From NCBI GenBank assembly GCA_977020255.1, contig CDROCS010002866.1:372001-436000 (forward strand): DNA of 64,000 nt, read 5' to 3'. This DNA comes from Obrimoposthia wandeli (taxonomy: Eukaryota). This document shows, piece after piece, positions 29,085-38,707 of the stretch (position 1 is its first letter; the number at the start of each line of letters is the position of its first letter). A model generated the notes under the pieces. The model was not told where the DNA came from, ran no database searches, and worked only from the letters and a program-made list of their open reading frames with translations. Both the position numbers and the translations under genes were made by a program.

Positions 29085-29134
29085 TAATGCGGCAATCAGC
29101 GGCGCCTACTGTGTCCGCTATATTACCTTGCTAT
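29085..29134 (-). other. Short degenerate attC-like hairpin
   Basis: Minus strand ATAGC-AAGGTAATATAGCGG-acacagtaggcg-CCGCTGATT-GCCGC-ATTA: both cores carry single substitutions (TAGC for TAAC, ATTA for GTTA). Confidence 0.4.
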
Positions 29135-29228
29135 CTTTGGATTCCGAACAGAATTCCGCTTCATCGATAGTGACGGGTTTCTTGATTTCACTACTTATGA
29201 GATTCGATAGAAGCTATGCGCTCTTTGT

Positions 29229-29269
29229 TTGATTTTAATCAACTCGGCATTTAAACTATTGCTTATAAT
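29229..29269 (+). promoter_or_regulatory. FNR/ANR-dependent class II promoter of hemN
   Basis: TTGAT-TTTA-ATCAA at 29229-29242 and TATAAT at 29264-29269, spacing fits a site centred near -41.5; hemN is a known FNR/ANR target. Confidence 0.75.
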
Positions 29270-29428
29270 TGGTGTAATCAAAATTAGCGATTCAACGCCA
29301 TCCACCATTCTAGCCAAACTATTTAGACGAGCTATTTAGACAAACAAAGCTTTTTTGAAGTACAGCAATAAACTGCTGATACCCATCTCTGGTAGTTGCT
29401 CTTACAGATATGATCCAAGGAAATAACA

Positions 29429-30829
29429 ATGTCACTCTTAGATAAAATTCAACCTGTAAGCTGGGATCTTGATTTAATCAAACGCCACGATGTAGCGGGA
29501 CCTCGCTATACTTCATACCCCACTGCATTGCAATTTAGCGACAGTTTAGATGCGAGCGCATTTATCGACAGTGCCAAACAGTCTCTAGATAATAAGCAAC
29601 CATTATCACTGTATTTTCATATCCCATTTTGCGCTCACGTTTGTTATTACTGTGCCTGTAATAAAGTTATCACGCGTAACCGAGATAGATCGCAGCCATA
29701 TTTAGAAACGCTCTATCGCGAAATGCAGTTTATGTCAGACCATTTCAGTACCGACCGTGTAGTAAACCAGCTTCACTGGGGCGGTGGCACACCTACTTTC
29801 CTAAACGACTCACAAATCACTCAGTTGATGGATAAAACCCGCCAGTTATTTAATTTACGTGATGATGATGCGGGTGATTACTCAATAGAAATAGACCCTA
29901 GAGAATGCTCAGATAAAACATTGGCTGTACTGCGCAAAGCGGGTTTTAACCGCATCAGCTTGGGTGTGCAGGATGTTCAAGAAAAAGTACAAAAAGCAGT
30001 CAATCGAGTGCAATCTACCGAGCAAACAGCGCACCTTATTGCTTTAGCCAAACAAGAGGGCATGAAATCTATCAATATTGATTTGATTTATGGACTGCCT
30101 CATCAAACCGTTGAATCTTTTGCTGACACACTTGCCCAAGTTATTGCGATGTCCCCTGATCGATTATCGATTTTTAACTATGCCCATATGCCAGACAGAT
30201 TTAGATCGCAGCGCCACATTAACGATCAAGATTTACCTAGCCCTGCACAAAAATTAGATATCCAACAACAAACTATTAGCACCCTTAGCGCTGCCGGTTA
30301 TGTGTATATCGGTATGGATCATTTCGCTAAGCCCACTGACGAGTTATCTCTTGCACAGAGCAGTGGCCAGCTACATCGAAATTTCCAGGGCTATACCACC
30401 CACTCTGATTGTGATTTAGTCGCCATGGGCGTCTCTGCCATCAGTCAAATTGGTGACCTCTATTATCAAAACTCACACGATTTAGCCACTTATACCGATT
30501 TAGTTGAAAAACAGCATACTGCGATCATTCGCGGTGTCAGCTTAAGTCAAGATGATAAGATTCGCCGGGATTTAATTACACAACTAATCTGCCATTTTAG
30601 CCTTGATACTCAAGCGTTCGCCGCTAAACATCAAATCGATTTTGCACAGTATTTCGCGACTGAACTGCAAGATTTACAAAAGTTGGCCGATGATAGATTG
30701 ATTACTTTAGAGCAAGGTAACATTCAAATTACTCCACAAGGCAGAATATTAGTGCGCAGAATTTGTATGGTATTTGATGCATATATGCCCAAAGATAAAC
30801 TGAAGCAAACTTTCTCTCGTATTATTTAA
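29429..30829 (+). CDS. hemN: Oxygen-independent coproporphyrinogen III oxidase HemN
   Basis: GPRYTSYPTA, HIPFCAHVCYYCACN (radical SAM), GGGTPT, HRNFQGY. Confidence 0.97.
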   Translation: MSLLDKIQPVSWDLDLIKRHDVAGPRYTSYPTALQFSDSLDASAFIDSAKQSLDNKQPLSLYFHIPFCAHVCYYCACNKVITRNRDRSQPYLETLYREMQFMSDHFSTDRVVNQLHWGGGTPTFLNDSQITQLMDKTRQLFNLRDDDAGDYSIEIDPRECSDKTLAVLRKAGFNRISLGVQDVQEKVQKAVNRVQSTEQTAHLIALAKQEGMKSINIDLIYGLPHQTVESFADTLAQVIAMSPDRLSIFNYAHMPDRFRSQRHINDQDLPSPAQKLDIQQQTISTLSAAGYVYIGMDHFAKPTDELSLAQSSGQLHRNFQGYTTHSDCDLVAMGVSAISQIGDLYYQNSHDLATYTDLVEKQHTAIIRGVSLSQDDKIRRDLITQLICHFSLDTQAFAAKHQIDFAQYFATELQDLQKLADDRLITLEQGNIQITPQGRILVRRICMVFDAYMPKDKLKQTFSRII

Positions 30830-30865
30830 AGTTGAGTGAAGAGAAGATTCAAAGAAAACCAAAAG

Positions 30866-30892
30866 AGCCCCCTGTAAATAGTGGGGGTTTTA
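30866..30892 (+). terminator. Possible rho-independent terminator after hemN
   Basis: AGCCCCC ... GGGGGTT stem followed by TTTT. Confidence 0.4.
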
Positions 30893-31034
30893 CTAAGTAG
30901 ATTAATTTTTTGATTTTTAAATAGCTTGTTTAAGGTTTTTTATTGTCTAATACCCTGGCAGCTTCTAAATGCTTCATGCATGAACTGCCATCGTAATATT
31001 AATAACAGATCATAAACGTTAATAGAGATCATAA

Positions 31035-31472
31035 ATGACTATCAATGTAAGCTGCCCAACTTGTAATGTGACCAATCGCCTGCCTAAATCACGGCTCACC
31101 GATAACCCGAATTGTGGAAAATGCAAAGCGGCTATTTTCGCCGGAACTCCCATCGATTTAACCACCGCCAATTACCAAAAGCATTTAGCGAATAGCGAGT
31201 TACCGGTATTGGTAGATTGCTGGGCGAGCTGGTGTGGTCCTTGCCAGCAGTTTGCACCCACCTTTTCACAAGCTGCAGCACAATTTGAACCAGCGATTAG
31301 ATTATTAAAATTAGACACGGAGGCCGAGCAAAGTATTGCAGCAAAATGGCAAATTCGTTCTATTCCAACACTAATTTTATTCAAAGGTGGCAAAGAAGTC
31401 GCACGCAGCAGTGGCGCGCTTCCTTTAAGTCAATTAAAAACTTGGTTAGCACAACAAGGCGTTAATGTTTAA
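31035..31472 (+). CDS. trxC: Thioredoxin 2 (TrxC)
   Basis: N-terminal CPTC...CGKC zinc site and WCGPC active site. Confidence 0.94.
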   Translation: MTINVSCPTCNVTNRLPKSRLTDNPNCGKCKAAIFAGTPIDLTTANYQKHLANSELPVLVDCWASWCGPCQQFAPTFSQAAAQFEPAIRLLKLDTEAEQSIAAKWQIRSIPTLILFKGGKEVARSSGALPLSQLKTWLAQQGVNV

Positions 31473-31530
31473 TGCCTTGTGTAACCATCCCACTCTAGGA
31501 AAGCTTTTACTAGGGAAGTTTAGATAAACC

Positions 31531-31554
31531 AGTGGCTATTGAACAATAGCCACT
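31531..31554. terminator. Bidirectional terminator between trxC and fumarase
   Basis: AGTGGCTATT-gaac-AATAGCCACT perfect 10-bp stem between convergent genes. Confidence 0.7.
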
Positions 31555-31567
31555 TATTAAAACGAGC

Positions 31568-33076
31568 TTAACCTACTTGCTCAGCAATAATTTTTTTCCA
31601 CATTTCAGGACCCGTGTTATGTACTGATTCACCGTTGACATCAACAGCGACAGTCACTGGCATATCTTTAACTTCGAATTCATAGATAGCTTCCATACCC
31701 ATTTCTTCAAATGCCAATACTTTAGCACCAACAATCGCTTTAGAAACCAAGTAAGCTGCACCGCCTACTGCCATAAGATATACTGCTTTATTATCTCTAA
31801 TCGCATCAATCGCGGCAGGGCCACGCTCTGATTTACCAATCATGCCCAACAACCCTGTGCTTTCCAGGATTTGGCGCGTAAATTTATCCATTCGTGTTGC
31901 TGTGGTTGGTCCTGCGGGACCTACCACTTCACCCTTTATTGGGTCTACAGGGCCCACGTAATAAATAAAACGCCCTTTCAGATCTACTGGTAGCTCTTCA
32001 CCACGATCTAACATTTCAATCATACGCTTGTGAGCGGCATCGCGTCCGGTAAGCATCTTGCCGTTAAGCAACACTGTTTCGCCTACTTTCCACTCTTTAA
32101 CGTCTTCAGGGGTGATTTCATCTAAGTTCACACGTCTTGTGGTATCGCCTACTTCAAAGCTCACTTGTGGCCAGTCTTCGAGTTTTGGCGGTGTGAGCAC
32201 TGCAGGACCACTACCGTCTAATACGAAGTGTGTATGGCGTGTTGCCGCGCAGTTTGGAATCATACAAACAGGTAATGATGCTGCATGGGTTGGATAATCC
32301 ATGATTTTTACATCAAGAATGGTGGTTAAACCACCAAGGCCTTGTGCACCAATACCTAGCTCATTGACTCTATCCATAATTTCTAAACGCAATTCTTCAA
32401 TGCGGTTTTGCGGGCCGCGCTTGCGCAATTCATGGATATCGATAGAGCCCATTAATGACTCTTTTGCCATTACGGCGGCTTTTTCAGCCGTTCCGCCAAT
32501 ACCTATGCCTAGCATGCCTGGTGGGCACCAGCCTGCTCCCATGGTTGGGATTGTTTTTACAACCCAATCAACAATACTATCTGATGGATTTAACATTACC
32601 ATCTTAGATTTATTTTCAGAGCCGCCGCCTTTAGCTGCCACTTGAATATCAACGGTATTACCTTCTACTATTTCATAGTGGATAACCGCTGGCGTATTAT
32701 CTTTAGTATTGGTGCGGGCACCCGCGGGGTCTGCCAGAATTGAAGCGCGTAATACATTATCTGGATTTAAGTAAGCTTGGCGAACACCTTGATTGATCAT
32801 ATCTGTCACAGACATGTTGGCATCCCAAGTAACATCCATACCAATTTTCGCAAACACAGTAACAATCCCAGTGTCTTGACACAAAGGGCGTTTTCCCTGC
32901 GCACACATGCGCGAGTTAATTAACATTTGTGCCATCGCATCGCGTGCTGCTGGATTTTGCTCTTTTTTATAAGCCTCATGCAGTGATTGGATGAAATCTA
33001 AAGGATGATAATAAGAGATAAATTGCAAAGCATCAGCAACACTGCTGATAAGATCGTCTTGGCGAATCACAGACAT
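31568..33076 (-). CDS. fumA: Class I (Fe-S) fumarate hydratase
   Basis: RPLCQDTG, KGGGSENKS, GPTTATRMD; likely ATG 33076 (track 33112). Confidence 0.95.
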   Translation of the reverse strand: MSVIRQDDLISSVADALQFISYYHPLDFIQSLHEAYKKEQNPAARDAMAQMLINSRMCAQGKRPLCQDTGIVTVFAKIGMDVTWDANMSVTDMINQGVRQAYLNPDNVLRASILADPAGARTNTKDNTPAVIHYEIVEGNTVDIQVAAKGGGSENKSKMVMLNPSDSIVDWVVKTIPTMGAGWCPPGMLGIGIGGTAEKAAVMAKESLMGSIDIHELRKRGPQNRIEELRLEIMDRVNELGIGAQGLGGLTTILDVKIMDYPTHAASLPVCMIPNCAATRHTHFVLDGSGPAVLTPPKLEDWPQVSFEVGDTTRRVNLDEITPEDVKEWKVGETVLLNGKMLTGRDAAHKRMIEMLDRGEELPVDLKGRFIYYVGPVDPIKGEVVGPAGPTTATRMDKFTRQILESTGLLGMIGKSERGPAAIDAIRDNKAVYLMAVGGAAYLVSKAIVGAKVLAFEEMGMEAIYEFEVKDMPVTVAVDVNGESVHNTGPEMWKKIIAEQVG

Positions 33077-33366
33077 ACATGGCTCCATTACTAGTTCTTG
33101 TAAGATCAACACAAGCTTAAAAGTCGCTTGAGTGTTGGGGTATGAATTTATCGCTATATTGCGATTTTTCAGAGGCTAATCAGCCTAGTTTCTACTGAGC
33201 AGAGTATACAACATTCTCACCAAATAAAGCGGCGATAATCTGCATATAAATGAATTTACGTTTTTCTAATTCACCCTACACTACATTCGCTTACATTGAC
33301 TTTATATTGATAATAATGAGCTTAAGCGAAATTTTACTTGAACTAAAATAGCAAAAACATTTACAC

Positions 33367-33385
33367 TGCTACTAAATCAGTAGCA
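33367..33385. promoter_or_regulatory. Palindromic operator candidate
   Basis: TGCTACT-aaatc-AGTAGCA perfect 7-5-7 palindrome upstream of the HxlR-family gene. Confidence 0.45.
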
Positions 33386-33396
33386 ACAAGCATTTA

Positions 33397-33535
33397 TAGG
33401 CCAACGCATAACGTAGCGAACGATGATAAAACAAGGCGAAATAGCGCAATCAGTACATACCTGTCTATCAGCATTGCCGGTGTGAATATGTATTTTGAGC
33501 CTATTTTTAACACCATATTATTGAACGACATTATC
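33397..33535 (-). repeat. Palindromic MITE-like element, family 3, copy b (degenerate, inverted)
   Basis: Minus strand ..TCAATAATATGGTGTTAAAAATAGGCTCAAAAT.. and ..GCGCTATTTCGCC..TTGTTTTATCATCGTTCGCTACGTTATGC align with 18983-19121. Confidence 0.65.
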
Positions 33536-33589
33536 ATCCTATTTGGGTTAGTTATTCAAATATCACTTAGACATTTTACGAGCGATTAT

Positions 33590-33955
33590 ATGCCTTTACC
33601 TTTTCCTGGCTCCCAAGTACGTGGTTCAAAATCTGGTAAGCCGATTATGGCGTTATTAGATTTGCTAGGGCGCACTTGGGCCTTAGGCGTTATTTGGCAC
33701 TTAAGCCAAGGCCCTGCTACCTTTCGTGAGATTCAACAGCGTTGTGAGCAGATATCACCAAGCTTATTAAATACCCGTTTAAAAGAGCTTAAACAACTGC
33801 ACTTAATAGAGCTTGAAGTTCAAGGTTATATTCTTACTCAACAAGGCTTGAGCTTATTTGCCATTATTGCGCCATTAGGTACTTGGTCACAGCAATGGTC
33901 TCAAGAATTGTACGCAAGCCATAACTTAGCGCAGCAAAACCACACTAAGAATTAA
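33590..33955 (+). CDS. HxlR-family winged-helix transcriptional regulator
   Basis: VRGSKSGKPIMALLDLLGRTW, TFREIQ, LNTRLKEL; ATG 33590 (track start 33482 falls in the repeat). Confidence 0.88.
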   Translation: MPLPFPGSQVRGSKSGKPIMALLDLLGRTWALGVIWHLSQGPATFREIQQRCEQISPSLLNTRLKELKQLHLIELEVQGYILTQQGLSLFAIIAPLGTWSQQWSQELYASHNLAQQNHTKN

Positions 33956-33966
33956 AGAGATCTAAT

Positions 33967-34947
33967 ATGTCGTTAATGTATACACGAATGCCGTTAGATA
34001 GATGTACTAATCAACGCAAAAGCCAGCCTTGGCTAAAATCGCAGTTTAATAGTGCTAATGCATTATTTTGCATAGTACATGAAGGCGAAAACCTTTTTTC
34101 GCGTGAAAGCCCGCTAAGCCCTCTTTACCTTAATCGCCAGCAGTTACCAGACATCAGCCTTAATAGCTGTATATTTTTAGGCAAAAGTGACACACAATCT
34201 GTATTCGCTATTGATAGTAACAAACTCAATTCCACGGCGTTAGAAAGTTTAAACGCTGTAGGCGAATGGCGATCATTAAGAAATTTAGGGGCAGTTATTG
34301 ATCATCAAGACTCCGCCATTTTAGCACTCGCTAAAGGCTTGGTACACTGGCACAAAACTCACCTTTACTGTGGTAAATGTGGTGCACTTAACCAACTGAT
34401 AGAAGCGGGACATGCTCGGCGTTGTTCTAATAATAATTGTCGAAACATGACATTCCCCCGCACTGATCCCGCTGTCATCATGCTCGTTGAGCGCATGTTT
34501 GCAGATGGCGTTGCACGGTGTTTATTAGGTCGTCAAGCTAGCTGGCCTGCCGGAGTTTATTCTACTTTGGCAGGGTTTGTTGATCCTGGCGAAAGCTTAG
34601 AGGAAGCGGTGATTCGTGAAGTTGCAGAAGAAAGTGGTATTAACGCACATCAGGCGCAGTATGTTGCCTCACAGCCTTGGCCGTTTCCCGCCTCTGTAAT
34701 GCTTGGCTTTATTGCGGTTGCCATCAATGAAGAAGTCGATATTACGCAAGATGATTTAGAGAGCGCACTATGGTTTAGCCGAGAGCAGCTCGCTGATTTT
34801 ATTGAAAAAGAACCTGTTATAGCAAATACTGATAGCACTGAAACTTCACACAAACCAGCAACGAACAGTTATGTAATGAGTAGTAAAGATTCTATTTCGC
34901 ACTATTTAATTACAGCTTGGAAAAATAAGGAAATTGGCCAGTATTAA
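33967..34947 (+). CDS. nudC: NAD(+) diphosphatase NudC
   Basis: Zn finger CGKCG...C, FPRTDPAVI, Nudix box GESLEEAVIREVAEESG, SQPWPFP. Confidence 0.94.
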   Translation: MSLMYTRMPLDRCTNQRKSQPWLKSQFNSANALFCIVHEGENLFSRESPLSPLYLNRQQLPDISLNSCIFLGKSDTQSVFAIDSNKLNSTALESLNAVGEWRSLRNLGAVIDHQDSAILALAKGLVHWHKTHLYCGKCGALNQLIEAGHARRCSNNNCRNMTFPRTDPAVIMLVERMFADGVARCLLGRQASWPAGVYSTLAGFVDPGESLEEAVIREVAEESGINAHQAQYVASQPWPFPASVMLGFIAVAINEEVDITQDDLESALWFSREQLADFIEKEPVIANTDSTETSHKPATNSYVMSSKDSISHYLITAWKNKEIGQY

Positions 34948-35069
34948 GTCAAATAATTTTCTAGCCTTTATGGTGCTATCAACACTTCTCTCGTCTTCTA
35001 TCTTAGCTTAGGTTAGGTTACGCAGTCAGCTTTTTGAAATGCAGGTATCTGATTTACAAAACTAAGTAA

Positions 35070-35106
35070 AACACACCTTTTAGAAATAATATCTAAAGGG
35101 TGTGTT
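35070..35106. terminator. Terminator hairpin between nudC and leuA
   Basis: AACACACCTTTTAGA-N7-TCTAAAGGGTGTGTT, 15-bp stem with one wobble. Confidence 0.65.
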
Positions 35107-35123
35107 ATCAGTAATTTCTATTA

Positions 35124-36794
35124 CTAAGCGACAACCTTAATTGATTTAACACTGCTGCGGCTCACTGCAGTTAACAGTGCTTGTAGCGTTGCATTTGAAG
35201 TATCTTCATCTTGTGCCACTGCTGTGAATATTTCGCTGTCAATTTTAACTTGAATGCAGGCTAATGCCTGTGCATTTGTGCCACTATTCAATGCGTGTTG
35301 ATCGTATTGCAAAACCTCAATATCACAACCGTAATGCACTGATAATGCATCACAAATAGCTTCTAAAGCACCTGCTCCTGCCCCTTCATACTCTCGACCA
35401 CCAAATATAAACTTAGCTTGAAGCTGTTGATCTTGAGTGTGTAAATCATAGCTTTGTAATTTCCATTGGCTATCCACTTGAACAAAATGAGTGTCGTATA
35501 TCATTTTGATATTAACCGGCGAAATTTCAACTTTTTGCTCTTCCGCTGCTTTTTGCACTAACTTAGAAAGCGGTATATGCATCCATTTAGGTAGCTCAAT
35601 ACCATAATCACGCTCTAATACTAGTGCCACACCGCCCTTGCCGCTTTGGCTATTAATTCTGACCACCGCTTCGTATTCCCGTCCTATATCTCTTGGGTCA
35701 ATAGGCAGGTACGCTACTTCCCAATGTTCTAATTTATGCTCTGTATGATAGTTAATAGACTTTCGAATGGCATCTTGATGGCTACCAGAGAACGCTGTGT
35801 ATACTAACTCGCCAGCCCAAGGATGACGCGCGGCTACTGGCAGTTCTGTACAGTACTCAACCACCTCAATAATTTCGATGATATCCGATAAATCTAATTC
35901 AGGGTCAACGCCTTGAGAATATAAGTTCATCGCCATCGTGACGATGTCCATATTACCGGTACGCTCGCCATTACCTATTAAGGTACCTTCTACACGATCA
36001 GCACCGGCCATTACACCTAGTTCAGCAGCGGCTACACCACATCCTCTATCATTGTGGGTATGTAATGAAATTCTTACCGCTTGGCGGTTAACTAATTTTC
36101 GGCAGAAATATTCGATTTGATCGGCGTAAACATTCGGGCTTGTCATCTCAACCGTTGAAGGTAAATTAATGATAATGCGCGGTTCAGCTGGTGCGAAGAA
36201 AGCTGTCCATTGATCAATCACAGCATCACTAACCTCAACAGCATAGTCCATTTCTGTGCCGGTAAAACTTTCTGGCGAATACTGGAAATGCCACTGTGTT
36301 TGCGGATACTTTAAAGCGTATTCTCTAACTAAAATAGCGCCGTTAACCGCAATCCCTTTTATTTGATCTTTATCTTTGGCAAATACTTGCTCGCGCTGTA
36401 CCACAGAGGTTGAATTATAAACGTGGACAATAGCCTGCTTTACATCTTTTAAGCTCTCGTAAGTACGAGAAATCAAATCTTCTCGCGCTTGAGTTAGTAC
36501 CTGAATGGTTACGTCATCAGGAATCTTATCTTGCTCTATCAACTTTCTTACAAAATCGAAATCAGGCTGTGATGCTGACGGAAAACCCACTTCGATTTCT
36601 TTAAAACCTAACTTAACCAAAAGCTCAAACATTCTTGTTTTTTGTTCTACATTCATCGGATTAACCAGAGCTTGGTTACCATCACGCAGATCAACACTAC
36701 ACCATTGTGGTGCTTTAGTGAGACGCTTATCAGGCCATGTACGGTCTGGTAATTGGATGGTGTCAAATACTTTATATTTACGATGATCAAACAT
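35124..36794 (-). CDS. leuA: 2-isopropylmalate synthase (yeast/Pseudomonas-type LeuA)
   Basis: WCSVDLRDGNQAL, LHTHNDRG, GNGERTGN, RINSQSGKGG, C-terminal regulatory domain. Confidence 0.96.
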   Translation of the reverse strand: MFDHRKYKVFDTIQLPDRTWPDKRLTKAPQWCSVDLRDGNQALVNPMNVEQKTRMFELLVKLGFKEIEVGFPSASQPDFDFVRKLIEQDKIPDDVTIQVLTQAREDLISRTYESLKDVKQAIVHVYNSTSVVQREQVFAKDKDQIKGIAVNGAILVREYALKYPQTQWHFQYSPESFTGTEMDYAVEVSDAVIDQWTAFFAPAEPRIIINLPSTVEMTSPNVYADQIEYFCRKLVNRQAVRISLHTHNDRGCGVAAAELGVMAGADRVEGTLIGNGERTGNMDIVTMAMNLYSQGVDPELDLSDIIEIIEVVEYCTELPVAARHPWAGELVYTAFSGSHQDAIRKSINYHTEHKLEHWEVAYLPIDPRDIGREYEAVVRINSQSGKGGVALVLERDYGIELPKWMHIPLSKLVQKAAEEQKVEISPVNIKMIYDTHFVQVDSQWKLQSYDLHTQDQQLQAKFIFGGREYEGAGAGALEAICDALSVHYGCDIEVLQYDQHALNSGTNAQALACIQVKIDSEIFTAVAQDEDTSNATLQALLTAVSRSSVKSIKVVA

Positions 36795-37236
36795 GTGCTT
36801 GCCTATGCCTTAAAGTAAGGTTGATGAATATAGAGAAGGTCTACACCAATTCTATATCGATTAAGTTATGCTTAGATAATGATTAGAGTATGCGAATATT
36901 TTGGTATGTTTAAAAAGTACTCACCACTTCACAGAGCACTTTTACTAACAACATACTGACTTTATTTACATTTTTATTAGCTGCGTCGAGTAGACGATTA
37001 TGCTGATAATTACTAAATATGATAGTAATTTTGCCAATTAACCGGTGAATTAACTAGCATGAAACCAATTTTCAGATTTCTATAAGCCCTTTGGCTTATG
37101 GCCTTGACTTACATTAATTATAGAGAAAGTCCTGCGCAATTACCGATCTAATTTCACATTAATCAAGATATTTGCGCAATATAAATTAAGATAATATACT
37201 TTATATGTAACTTTTATTGCTGACAAAGAGCTTATC

Positions 37237-37725
37237 ATGAAAAACAACATCAATATTGATCAATTTGATCTCAAAATATTGCGTGCCCTGCAAAAAAACG
37301 GTGCGCTATCCAATCAAGATTTAGCTGAACAGGTAGGTCTGACAGCCGCACCTTGCTCAAGACGAGTAAAAAGCCTTGAAGATAACGGTATAATTAAAGA
37401 TAGAGTGATTAGAATTGATGAGCGCGCTGTTTCTTTAACGCTGTTTGCTATCTTGCATATCAGCATGGATAAGCATATCCCGGAACGCTTTGCTGAGTTC
37501 GAGCGCATTATTAGCTCTTTCGAGGAAGTCATCGAGTGTTATTTAATAACGGGTCACGATGCGGATTACCAACTCAAAATCGCGGTCCCTGATATGGATA
37601 GGTATCACGATTTGTTACTCGGAAAAATAACGCGAATTAAAGGGGTTAGCGGTGTAAAATCTGCCTTTATTATGCGAAAAATTGTAGATACAACCGCATT
37701 ACCTTTAAATTACATTCACAGCTAA
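37237..37725 (+). CDS. Lrp/AsnC-family transcriptional regulator, divergent from leuA
   Basis: DLKILRALQKNGALSNQDLAEQVGL..PCSRRVKSLE..GII; ECYLITG. Confidence 0.92.
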   Translation: MKNNINIDQFDLKILRALQKNGALSNQDLAEQVGLTAAPCSRRVKSLEDNGIIKDRVIRIDERAVSLTLFAILHISMDKHIPERFAEFERIISSFEEVIECYLITGHDADYQLKIAVPDMDRYHDLLLGKITRIKGVSGVKSAFIMRKIVDTTALPLNYIHS

Positions 37726-38108
37726 GGGAACATGCATTAAAAGCTTTTCGTTGTGAAGCTTGCGTTCAAAGAATTAAGTATTGGTGGCAAAGAGCACTAT
37801 GATAGCGCTATTGATTTGTACTCTATTGAGCGCCTCTCAAACGAAAATAGTGTTTCAACGATTATTCTTTTAGTTATTTTCAGTACAATTTAATTATCAG
37901 TTTGAATCCAATCAACAGTTAACCAAGTACATATAGCAATATAGTTACTAAGGTTATATTAGTGCAAGTTTATTAATTGCTCTCTTTCAAGGCCTGCACA
38001 TTATATAATTGCACTAACAGTAGCGCTCAAACAATAAGCTTTCTTTGAACAGATTGTTTTAAACTCCCAATACAGCGCTATTTTTATTTTTACTACAAGG
38101 AATTTACA

Positions 38109-38600
38109 ATGTCACCATTAATTTCAAGAATCGCTAGCTTAATCATTTCTCTGTGGATAGCTAAAGTGTTTCTATCCTCCCTTCCCTACAAATTTACCGA
38201 CCATCCAGATACTCTTCATATATTTGGTACTATTGGTCAATGGATAAGTGAGACTATTGCAGTAGATCTTGGAGTGTTCTTTGCTAGCTATGGTGCTTAT
38301 ATTGTTGGATCTGTAGAGCTTATTACAGCGGGTATATTACTCATCGCGAGTACTATATGGGCGTTACGTAAAGCAAATGTATTCAACGCTAATATAAATG
38401 AAAAAAACCTTTACTTAACAGGTGGGTTATTCTCAGCCGCCACAATGAGCGGTGCAGCATTTTTCCACTTATTCACACCACTGGGTATTGAAGTCATCCA
38501 TGAAGGCAAAAGTGATGGTGGGTCGTTATTCTACGCCGCTGTTTCCATCATCTTTTTAGGGTTAATTTTAGCCTTCATTAACAAGCCTACTGCAAACTGA
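38109..38600 (+). CDS. DoxX-like four-TM membrane protein
   Basis: SLPYKF..HP...IF, GSVELI, GAAFFHLFTPLG pattern; four hydrophobic segments. Confidence 0.6.
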   Translation: MSPLISRIASLIISLWIAKVFLSSLPYKFTDHPDTLHIFGTIGQWISETIAVDLGVFFASYGAYIVGSVELITAGILLIASTIWALRKANVFNANINEKNLYLTGGLFSAATMSGAAFFHLFTPLGIEVIHEGKSDGGSLFYAAVSIIFLGLILAFINKPTAN

Positions 38601-38707
38601 TAATGTTAATGCAACAGCAAAACAGCCCATAGCTATTTTAAATAACGGCTATTGGCTACCCTTAGACTTACGCATCAATTTATCCCCTCCTTTGATTAGG
38701 TAGTCAT

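Noticed and set aside
24516-29428. A complete integron
   Set aside because: No tyrosine-recombinase (intI) ORF or attI in or beside the array, and every attC-like site is incomplete or mutated.
33482-33589. N-terminal extension of the HxlR ORF given in the track
   Set aside because: It is read through an inverted family 3 repeat; the family-typical start is ATG 33590.
36910-36954. MLLVKVLCEVVSTF as a leucine attenuator peptide for leuA
   Set aside because: Only three scattered Leu codons and no terminator/antiterminator pair; a divergent Lrp regulator is the simpler control.
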